Assembly (NCBI GenBank): GCA_045837725.1 | Contig: JBEWZL010000127.1 | Span: forward strand, 62,001 to 126,000 | Origin: Vermamoeba vermiformis | Taxonomy: Eukaryota | DNA: 64,000 bases | Direction of reading: 5' to 3' | Part shown: positions 48,616 through 60,028 of the stretch, piece by piece | Position numbering within the stretch: the first letter of the stretch is position 1 | Layout of the letters: each line of letters starts with the position of its first letter | Notes under the pieces: generated by a model | What the model saw: the letters and a program-made list of their open reading frames with translations, nothing else | Databases searched by the model: none | Told to the model about the DNA's origin: nothing | Program-made: the position numbers and the translations under genes

Positions 48616-51600
48616 TTAGCGCTTATTCAATTGCTCGCCCAGTCTTTCGAGCATTTCTATTAATTCATTGAACGAAGGGCGCTGCGAATGATCATTTTTC
48701 AAGCAGCGCTCCATGATCAAGTAGAACGGTGAGTCATCAGGAATATCTCCGGGCTTTTCACCCGTTCTGCGCACGTCTAAGAATGCCCATTGACCCAGTG
48801 ATGAATAGGCATCGAAGGGCTTCTTGCCTGTGCTCATCTAAGCAAAGAGAATATTAGATCGAGTACTTGATCTGGTAGTCGGTTGAACTTACTTCATACA
48901 AACAAACGCCAAATGAATATACATCGCCTTTTTGTGAAAATTTCTGGTCGCGAATCATTTCGGGTGATTGATACAAAGGACTGCCTTGAATATTTTTCGC
49001 TACGAGAGGTAAGGTTCCGTTCAGTGAATTGCTCGTTCAATGAAACGCTTATAAAGTAAATTTTACCTGAGAATGTCATGCTCGAGTCCATTGATCTACT
49101 CACACCAAAATCTGCGATTTTGACGCATACAGGAGCCTGTCAACATGTCAGCAAACGGTCCGTGAGACAACAGTCCTTTCTTACCGCGGAAGTCATTGCG
49201 ACAACAAGCAAGTTCTGCGGCTTTAAGTCCAAGTGCAAGAAGTTGTTCTCGTGTAAGAATTGCATGCCGACACAGACGTCCATTGCTATTTTTAGGATCA
49301 GGTCATTCGGCAAAGGTTTGCCCTTCAGGTAGTGGTCCAAACTTATTGAATTACATTAGCTTAAATAATTATAACCGCATTATATGGTACCTCTTGTTGG
49401 GGACGAACTCAGTGACAATGCACGAGTGATGGGGCTCAGGTGGATTCGAGCAGCAGCCAATGTATGATACGATGTTCGGATGTGGCGGCAGCACTCTATG
49501 AATTGGTTATTAACAACGTTGTGCTTTAAAGGTGTGATGTTTAACGTACTTGAGAATGTGCCTTTCTTGCTCAAAGTCTTCTTTGAAAAAGAATGCTTTA
49601 ACAGCGACTGTCAAGCCGCGCCACCTCGCTCGATGCACGCTGCCAAAACTGCCCTCACCAATCTTCTGATCGAACTGAATTTCACTGAAATCTAATTCTT
49701 CAGTGAAATTACTTTCGAACTTCATGGTGAAGAACAGCAATGATTGGATTGGTCCGTCAATTTCAACGAAAATTAATTTGTGTTGTTTTGTCGTGCCTCG
49801 AAGTGTCAACTTTGCGGTGACAGTGACGGGTTCCTGAAGATCGATTTAGTTTCCTTATTTGGTAAGAGACTATTAGCACAGTACCTTCTTCACAGAGACG
49901 GTCTGCGGAGAAAAGCTCAAAGTGAACGGTTGATGCGGATCGTCCATCGTCGGGAATTTAAAGATCAACTTTTCATCTTTCGATTGCAGTGTAATTGTAT
50001 CGGTTAGTTCTTGATGCACAGGGAACTTCTGACCCTTCATGTTGAAATCCAAATTGAACTTCGAGATCTGGCCGGACCCGTAAAAAACAAACCCTCGCTG
50101 ATTTAATAAATATTCCTTACCTTAATATCAGAAGCTTTCAGATTAGTATTGGAGCCAAACAATCCCTTTTTCTTTTTCTCCGTTTCTGCAGGTCGTCAAT
50201 AATGTTATTGCTCGATGGTACTACATTGTACGTACTGGCTTGCAATATGGCATCTAATAAGGCACTCTCTTGCACAAGTTGGAATGTCTTCGTGCTGAGC
50301 TGCAACAAAACTTCTTCGAGTTTCTTGCCTGACTCTTCAGTGAACGCCTTTTTGTGCATCCTAAACGCGGGGTCAACACGTGTTAATCCTCGGCGAAATT
50401 TCAATACTTACAAACTCAAGAGCGTCACGGCTATTCATTGAAAATGTTAGTTAAGGTCTAAATACTACATGGCACAGCGACTTACCTTCAGATTTCTTGT
50501 TGAAATCAATTTTCTTCTGTTCCTCGTCGTCCATCGCTGAAATACTTCGTAGTCGATGAGGACTCACATCACTAACACTGCTCGGACTCTTTTGTGGCGT
50601 ACTACCACCACTGCTAGTCACTGGATTATTGATGCTAGGAGTCATCGTTGTTGTGTTAGACTTGGTTTTGAAGTAGTAAACACTCGCTGCAGCCACGAGA
50701 CCCAAAAATACAATTTGCATGAGAGACGAGAAAAATCCACTTGAACGTGCTTAATACAAACAATTAGAAATGTCATTAGTACTGTTCTTTAGCGTACCTT
50801 GCAATGACGTTGTGATCAGATTGGTCTTGTTATCGATCAGAACTTTGTTGTAAAATATTGAAATGTTGCACGGTCCCGCGTGATCAGTCGTGAACTGTAG
50901 ATTAACAGAGCCGTTGTGCATCAAATCGACTGTCATTCGATCGACTCTCAAGTCTTGGTTTTGTTTGTTTTTCAACTGAACTGTGAACATGTCACGAAAC
51001 TGCGCAGGAAGTTTGTCGTTCTTAAGATGAATAATATTGTCGTAATTGTCCTTCATATTGATAACGGCTTGAATGTTACGACCATTTGCATCTAATAACT
51101 CAATACTGCTTCTTTTTAGCGTCAATTTGAGTTCCTTAAAGAGATCTGGATCAGCATCCACGAAGAGTAATGCTTATCGTATTATAATATTACCTGGTTC
51201 TATGGTCAATGTTCTAGCTAGATGATGCGAGTCTTCACGATAATAAGGTACATTGCTCGATCCAGCTTTGAAGTTGACCAAATACCGTCCGCTTTTATGC
51301 AGCTTGTAGTGCACTTTGTACTCGAAATCTCGCACTTCTATTTTTGTCTCGTCGAGCGAATGCATGCTCTTACTATTGATAGTACGGGTGAGTATAAACC
51401 AAAGGAAGTTTGATTGAAATTACCATTGGGCGTCAAGGCATTTAAATTCTATATTAGGCCACAAACTACTCGATGGCGAACATAGCTTTCCTTCTTTATC
51501 GCGTGTTTCAATGTAAAATACTCCGCTGGATCCAGCGGCCACTGAGTAAAATTCGTCAGTAAAAATTTTTCAGTAGGTAATTAATTTAAACTTACGTTTT

Positions 51601-52016
51601 TCTATGCCAGTAATAGTATAGCTTGCGGGACATGATTTGTTGGCAAATATTCCGCTCCACCAAATTATCAAAAGGAGGAAAACTGCTCCAAGACCGATCT
51701 GAATTTTTTGATCTGACACGACAGCCTTTTGAACTGTATTAAATATTTCTCGTGCCTTTTGCTTTAAATCTTCAGTATTCGATGATTCTGCACCATTTTT
51801 AGAATTTCTGTTTGAATTTTGATTTTTTGTTCCAGTTTTTGATTCTCTGGGGCTGTTATTTGAAGTCTTCTCCTCAAAAATTTGTGTTAATTTATTTACA
51901 TGATTTCCTACAATTATAAAATCGTGGGTTAATTAGGTAATTAAAATCAAATATATTTTCAAAACAAAATCTTTACCTTTCGGGGACTTAACGTCGTCCG
52001 AACCTCGTTGACTCAT
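48616..52016 (-). CDS. Two-TM receptor-like TKL protein kinase with filamin-type Ig repeats
   Basis: [16 protein letters not shown], filamin-like [16 protein letters not shown] and [40 protein letters not shown]. Kinase [39 protein letters not shown]. Confidence 0.88.
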
Positions 52017-52171
52017 ATTAAATCATTAATAAACGACTATCGTCTGCTTTTTTTTGTCTTGTGTTTGGATTCACTGCACAAAATTGATTTTTAATAACAA
52101 ACGGACTTAGAAGCAATTCTTTGCGATGAAAGGCACAAAAAATTGTATTTAAATAGCGTTGTTTATTTGAT

Positions 52172-54251
52172 TTACGCTACGCGAGTTCGTGAGGTGTCGC
52201 GAGTACAAGGCGGCATGTAAACAACCAAACTTTGATTCTTACTCGGCCAAGAGCCATAGCATAGGTCTGAAAAATAGAATGATAGGGCCTCTATGATTTG
52301 GTTCATATGAGAAACTAGTGCTTTGTCCTTGGATTGAATTTTCTTGCGAATCAATTCGACATCGATCTGGAAAACTCGCTTGACTGGAGACAGACAAGAC
52401 GCAGGTGAGGTATCCATATCAGTTACTTCCTGTATACCATATGAATTACAATTAGGACGGCGTTCAAACTCGTCTTCAAATTCTTTGACGAGATCGACCA
52501 AGATCTTAGCAACGCCACTGCTCCAAAGTTTCAAATCAAAGCTCCATTCAAATCCTACTATTCTCTTCTCAGGCCATAGTCGTGCCAAGAATTTGACTTC
52601 TTCGGTGGACAATCCATTGTTGATGTTGAGCCGCTGCAGATTTGGACATCCAAAAAGAATTTCCAAACTGAGCTCATAAGGATCGAGAATAGTATCACCA
52701 CTAGGCTCTATTAACATATCGAGGCTTTCGAGCATTGGACAGGCACGAGAGACGAATCTGACTTTGTCGACATACAGATCGCAAATCCAGAGTTCAGTCA
52801 GCTTAGGACACAAGCCCATAAATAGCGAGTTAATATGACCACTCTCGACCATGACTGTGTGCAGTGTTCTTGAACAGATATAGAGCTCTTGACAGCGCAG
52901 ACCAAACGAAGTAAATGACTCCAAATTTGGCAATGTGTTCAGCAGATTGCTTAGATGATAGCCAATCTCCACATCGACGAAGTTCAACTACAATATAACA
53001 TTATATATACATACTTGAGTGATATTGATCAAATCAATTTTTCGGTGTATGTCGGATGTACTTACAGTCAGCGACTTAAGATTTTTCAAGGTGTTTACGA
53101 TGCACATTGATTGATGGATGTAAAAGCTGCCCAATGAAAGCTTTTTCAATTGAGGATACAGAGTCGATACAGCTCTTAATTGTAACGGGCCTAATATCGT
53201 CGGTTCATCGCTGCCTTCAAGATCGCCAAGTTGAATTTCTTCTACGGCCGAATTAGCCGCTATAATATTGCTCGTATTATTGGTGTTTGCGTGCGGAACA
53301 GGCAAGTACTCGTGACTTAACGAGATGTAGTTCAGTTTTGGTGCTCGTCGATGCCAAACTTAGCACTACTTCTCTATTGATAGTTTCGCATCGATCGATG
53401 ACTAGTGAAGTTAATTGACTAGGATTGATAGCCTCTACGTGTTCGGGTAATATAGGGTATGTTTCTAAGTGCAGATCCGTCATCTGGGTCCAATGCGATA
53501 TTCTTGAAGTTAGATCTGTTTCTTCATTCAGTGAATCGAGTTCTACCTTCTTTATCGGAGCTTTCCGACTAATAAAGAATTTGTGCAAAGTATTGCTTTC
53601 AATGGTGACGTTCTTCATTATTAGCTGCGTTACGTTCTTCAATTTGAAGTAACTTGAGTAATTGACCACGCAATCTCTGAGATCGATCTGACGTAAATTC
53701 TCGCAAAGTTTGATGTCTAGTAGATCGAGGAAGTGAGGCGAGCTGTGAAATCGGTAGCGTGGCAGTATTAAGGATCTGATCGACTTCGGGAAGTATCGGA
53801 TCATTTGAGAATCGCTCGGATCATCGATAGCCAGTTCTCGATCGATAAACATGGCGTCTTTATTAGGGTGGTTCTTCATTAGGTGCATTAATTTCTGCGT
53901 GTAATGAGCTGGCACTTTGATTCGCTGGATCTTCGGGCACGATCTGTCAGAGCATGCAGCATTAGTGACATTGCCTTATTAATAGCAGTATAAAATTTTT
54001 CCAATGCGCAATATTAATATGTTATTATATTTCTTGCGTTCTATCGAAATTTACCTAAAACAGATCTCCAACAAAGATGAAGTAAAAGGTTCATTCACGG
54101 TGACTTCAAAGCTCGTAAAATTGGTCATATAACTCGTAGCTACTGAATTCATCCATTTGCTTACGAATCGCATTTCGATTAACTCCCACCACGACCAAAC
54201 AACTTGATCGAGGATGCCGAATTGTAACTCGAGCGGTAGTCGTTCAATCAT
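52172..54251 (-). CDS. F-box/leucine-rich-repeat protein; apparent +1 frameshift near 53351
   Basis: LPLELQFGILD..MRFVSKWM, and LRRs CENLRQIDL, CPKLTELWI, CPMLESLDM, CPNLQRLNI. Confidence 0.82.
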
Positions 54252-54716
54252 GCATCTGTTTAATATTATTTTATTAAATGCTCAATCGATATGATAGTGG
54301 CCGAATTAGACTTACAGATCCACAGGCCAGCAGTCATCGTTCGACGCGCAAATTTTTCGCTTTTTTCTTGCAGGCTCGGGCATTGTTGCGTTCAATTTCG
54401 TAATTAAATCATCGATTAAGCACCTACAGTCGTTTAGGAGCAAGGTACTATGCGACTCTAGTAATACAACTGAAATACATAATAATTTTCATCGAATTTT
54501 TCTAAATTTAGAACTTAAATATTTCGAAATCTAAATATCAAAATTATTGCGGCAAGCTATGTAAGTAGATGGCAAGTGTTACCCGACGCAGCGTTATTGT
54601 AATTTTCTGCGGTCATAATTTACGGACTGATCTGATTTTTAAAACAGTAGAATACAGGTTTATAAAAAGTTAAATAAAACAACGAACGTATTTGCTAAAA
54701 GACAAAATAAATGAGC

Positions 54717-55794
54717 TTATTTCTTACTGTGCATCGATTTAGCGTGACCGCAACTGCCACAGACTGCGGGAGCAGTTCTCGTTGCCTGTGTCTTTTCGAC
54801 CCAACCAGTACACTTGCAGCCCCCTGTATCAGTAGCATTAGTATTATTCCTATTGTAGGTACCGGTGGCAATATGCCATAGTACATACAAGTGCAGTTCA
54901 TGGACTCGTGGGCCTTGGCCATAGCCGCCTTTTGCTCGTCGGTCAAGTCATCTTTCTTCGTGCCAGAAGACTTAAAAATGCATTAATAGTCTATAAGACA
55001 ACATATTTGTACAATAAGATATATAGCATCGAGTACTGGTGCTAGAAGGGCTCTCATGTACATTAGAGACTTACACCGCCTTCAGCTGCTTGTTTGGCAG
55101 CACTCTCTTGTTGCGCCTTCTTCATGGCAATGCTTGCTTGTTGATTGAGCTCTTTGTAGCGTGCTTCTTTCTCGCGCTCTGCTTTCAATCGTTCTTTGTC
55201 CTGTTAAGGGGTGTTAGTCAGCCTAGTCGGTAATTGGTGCATCCAGGCTGGCTTACTTGTTGAGCTTTCCAATCGGCGTCTTGCAAAGACTCTCCTCGGC
55301 GATCCTTTTCTTTTCGCTCTTCGGCGCGGCGTTTGATTTCCTCCTCTAGCAAAAATAATTTTAGATCAACATTATAATTAGAAATATTTTTAAAATCAAC
55401 GCTTGGTCGAAATATTTCGCGCTTCAAATTCTATTATAATTACCTTCTTTTCTTCTTCGTTCTTCTTCAGCCTGCTTTTTCTTAAGCTGTTGCTCCTCGT
55501 ATTCACGTTCAGCTCGCAATCTTTCTTGCTCAGCTCGACTGAGATTCGCAGTATTAACTGGCGCAGGGGCAGAATTTTGCGCGGCTGCTTTTTTGGCTTC
55601 TTCCTATTGCATGTAATTAAGTACTGTGGTTGAACATCGCATCTGAAATCAATGATTGATTTTTTATCGGTCATTGGTCAATGACAAATTACCTCTTGTT
55701 TTCGTTTTGCCTCACGCTCTTTCATTTCTTCCTCGCGCTTTTTTTGCGCTGCCATAATCTCTTCAGGAGTTTTCTTTACGATTTTGAACGACAT
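54717..55794 (-). CDS. Lys/Glu-rich coiled-coil protein with C-terminal Cys/His zinc-binding motif
   Basis: Spliced exons MSFKIVK..KKREEEMKERE.. end in CTWGCKC...CGSCGHAKSMHSKK*. Confidence 0.7.
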
Positions 55795-56378
55795 CCCGGA
55801 AATTCAATTTCGCTAGGTAGCTTGAGGTTGATTGTTAACAATATAAAAATTGAGCCTTATTGTAATTGTGTTTACAGAGCGGCAGATAAAATAAAAGAAA
55901 ATAGAAATCACAAAATCTCTTTTACGCGCCCTGATGTACAAATATCTTCGCCTATAATCCAACAACGAGCACACGAAGTAGTTACTATACGCATCGTCAT
56001 TGACATGTATGTCCTATTGCATCAGGCTAACAGATCATGACCGCGGTTTAGGTGAAATCGGTGCTCAATTGAACAGCCGATTTTGTTTCAAAGGCATATT
56101 TAAGAACTATGATATTTTATAATAATAAATTACACATGCTCTGTCAACGTCTTGTTGCCTTCATTTGAAAGGAAAAAAACAAAAATTCAAACTAAAACTT
56201 CTTTTTGTTAACCGCGAACTATCAACCACCAATTAGTGCAGGCAAGCTGCCACTAGCTAGGTAGGCGAGGCACAACAAAGAACTAATATTACCAAGTATT
56301 ACCAATAATGACTTTGCTAATTTTCCAACAGTATTTCCGCGAACCACAAAGCCTTATTATAAACAGAAGTCAAATATT

Positions 56379-59300
56379 ATGGAAGAAATAAACGAAAAAA
56401 AGAGAAAAATAGATAATGATGAATCAGAAGTGCATCACCCTCACAAAAAGAGAAGGATCGAGTTCGATCTGTCAACAAACATTGATCTGCCTGCAGAAAT
56501 AATGCTAGAAATATTCGAAAAATTATCTCCTGTTGATTTTAAATCTAGTTTGGAGGTTTGCAAGTACTGGTATGAATGCTCGTCAAATTTTCTCGGATGG
56601 ACGTTGGTGGGCGATGCTGATTATGGCTTGATTCTCAAATCAAATGAAATTCCTACTTACGATGCCTGTCTGGCCGATGTGCCATATTCTACTTCACAGA
56701 AGGGCTCACCCTATATTTCCTACAATACCTACCTCAAGCCTTTCTCCGTTAAATGGACTGGATCACGTACACGTAAGTTATTTTCGAAATCAAAAACGTG
56801 CTTTAATAATAACACTCCTACGTGAAGTACAACTCGTAACCGAACAAGGAACCGTTGCTGCGTCTGTTGATGTCTCTCGGCGACAAGGTCCCGTTGAAGA
56901 TTATCTGAGCGATAACGAAGCAGTCCACTGCCCCGAGTGGAGACTCGAAGCGCAGCCATATAACATTGTTAATTCGAGGGCTAATACTACGAGTCGTTCG
57001 GTGATTTTGAAGCTTTATGTCAACGTTCGAGCGTAAGTATTATAAAATACGTCATTACTGAAACCTCATTAATTTGTTCTTCTCAGTCTCGAGGCTGCTG
57101 TAATTCAGGACAAAAAGTTTCCAAAAGTCGAACTCGTCTTCAAATATGCCCTCAGCAAAGAAGTGTCGCGAGTAATTAACAAAGAGGGCCAAAGATTCAA
57201 AAAATTGACGACCGCATTAATGCCTTATGTACGTCACAGTTAATTACGAATACACGACTAATGTCTAATTCGTTAGATGCCACCAAAAATTGAACCGCCC
57301 CAAGGTCTGAAAGAAGGCTTCAAGTGGCACAGATATCAGCTCGAGTGCATCAGTTGGATGAAGTCCATTGAAGACAACGTTGACAAAGGTAAGACAAGTC
57401 GATTATAACTATCCTATTACTGACTATTACGACAAAGAGTTCAAGTACTGTGATTTGACGCCGTGGCGAGCATCACGTGCCAATTTGTTGTTTGACTTGC
57501 ACAACGAAAAGATTCTCACACCAGAAGCAGTCGATGATTACATCGGAACATTCAAGTCTCGTGGAGGTGTCCTTGCAGATGCAGTGGGACTTGGCAAAAC
57601 ACTTGAGAGTACGTGGCCTTTGAATTTCAAGTTAATGTACGCTAACACGTGACAGTGATCGGATTAGTGTTGGCCACACAAGATAAGTCATTGCCAGAAT
57701 TTGATGAAAACGGTCTGTTCAATACCAAGGCCTCTCTGAGTAAGTGAAGGCGCCTTTACGAACCTTTTTCGGTTGCTTCTGACTAACTCTCGGCAGTCAT
57801 TTGCTCGAGTCACATCGCACTACAATGGGCCTCTGAGATAGCCAAGTTCACGGACTTGAAGGTCACTCAGATAACAACGATCAAAGAAGCAACTGAAGTG
57901 ACGTACAACGATATAATCGCCTCAGGTAAGTGACAGATGTCATGCCCACGAAATTAATTATTGACGTCACTCGTTGCAGATGTTGTTATTGTCACGAATC
58001 CAATGTTAAAAAACAAGCAGTTTTTATCGCTTGGCTGTTCTAAAGCCATCGTGTCGCTTGCACCAAAAAGTTTGAAAACTCGAGCCACGTACTTGGACGG
58101 TCACTTAGAAGTAAATTCCACTTTAATAGGGAGCATATATTTGGAGCTAACGAATGATTCTTATAGGACGTGAAGAAGAAAAAAAACAAATTGCAAGTCA
58201 CTGGCCCACCACTCGACAACTTTCACTTCAGACGTGTCATAGTTGATGAAGCACACGAACTCTTCCTCGACAGTTTTACTCTTGGTACGTGCATTTGGAT
58301 TATTCTATTCACACATTGAAATAACCATTCGATAGCGTTATTGGTCAACCAAACTAAAGACTACAGTTGGTACGTAAGTGCGACGCCATTCCCGTCAGAG
58401 TAAGTACCAATTACTTCCGAAGTATATTGTTACGAGAGTGGCTAATGTCTATTAGTGGCTTGCTCGAGGCAACGAAGAAGTTCTTGGGCGTGTGGACTCC
58501 GGACTTTACATTAGGCAAGACTACCGCTGATTTGTACGAGAGGTAAGAAGAAACGATGACACGTGTCAATGTACTAATTTTTGCAGTTACGTCGAAAATG
58601 ATTTGATCATGAACAATCTGGTTTGGCGCAACACCAAAGAGAGTATTCAAGACGAATACGACGTGCCTGATTACGAAGAGGAAGTTGTGTGGGTCGATTG
58701 TCATCCGATTGAAGCTCTGTGCTACAAATGTAAGCCTATTAATTAATTACTATGGTACGCACTATTAACTCTTTAAACAGACGCCAATGTAAACAGCATT
58801 GAATATTTGACCAATTTGAATCGTTTGAAAGACGATCGTATCTATTGGATTGAAGTAAGATAAGACCCTTCGCACTCTCGTACGGAGGTAATTATAACTT
58901 GCAATTCTTACAGAACAGGATGAAATGGGGAAGAGCACTCGATAGAGATTCGCAACTGCTCAGTGAATGGAAGCGTGTGGTAAGGACGAATATATTAGCG
59001 TAATGGTAGTCTCTTTGCACGATTTATTAACGCGTTAATACATCAGCCTTACGTAGTCACGAAAAGTTCACCCAAAAAAGATCAAGAAGAGTTGAAAGTT
59101 CTCCAAGAGTACGGCAGCAAATTAAACACGATGCTCGAATGGTTGAAAGAGCGCATTGCAGAAGATGAGTCGAACAGATTTTTATTCTTTTCGAAGGTAA
59201 AAATATTTAAATTCAAAAATAGCACCGATTATAGAATGCAATATTGACACCCGTTTCCAGAGTAATGGCAATTTAGCGCGTCTGTCAAGATTGCTGGAAG

Positions 59301-59840
59301 AAAATAAGATCTCGGCTGTCAAGTTCGATGGGTAAGTTCAGTGCATATTTTTCACGCGACATTAACAGCTAACGAATCTGCGGCTAGTACTGTGACCCAA
59401 AAGGCCAAAGGGCTGAAGCAGTTCAAAGAAGAGAACGTTAAAGTGATGTTGCTGAGTCTCGTCAAGTCAGCGTCAGGACTGAACTTGATCGAAGCCAATT
59501 ACATCGTGTTGATGGATCCCATGATAGGTTCAGTCGAAGAGTCACGTGCATATGAACTGCAAGCATTGGGCAGAGCTCATCGTCAAGGACAAGACGAAAA
59601 AGTCAAGTTGATGAGGTTCTTAATGAAAAACACATTCGAAGAAGAACTTTACAACCGCAACAAATCTAACGGCAGAGGTAAAAAAATATCTCAAATTTTT
59701 CACGTAGCAAACGTGTTATTAAGATGTTCGATCAAGATTCAGAGGACCAAAAGGCTTCATTACAACGCAGTGGCAGTGCCCTTCAGTTGTTGGCCAGATC
59801 ATCGAGTGCTGCATCGTTGCGTCAAATGATGGAAAAATAA
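56379..59840 (+). CDS. F-box + SNF2-family (Rad5/16/SHPRH-like) helicase, copy 1
   Basis: F-box LPAEIMLEIFEKL..VCKYW, YQLECISWM, GGVLADAVGLGKT (motif I), RRVIVDEAHE (II), WYVSATP (III), SASGLNL, QALGRAHRQGQ (VI). Confidence 0.9.
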
Positions 59841-60028
59841 TCGGATCCGTTAACCCGCTCAAAAGAAACCTCCACCAGTTTTGTTATTATTAAACGGTAA
59901 ATTTCTTATATCATACTACTTTTACATTCGAACGCAGGGTGGCGCCAACTTCACGAGCGGTTTTTTGCAGTTTACGACAAGTTTCAGCTTTTCCCGCCGA
60001 ACTTTCCAATTTTTTACTGCAATTCAGC

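Noticed and set aside
57389-57437. Apparent frameshift and stop in SNF2 copy 1 relative to copy 2
   Set aside because: The interval is a normal intron (gtaaga...ctgac...aaag) that happens to be in frame in copy 2.
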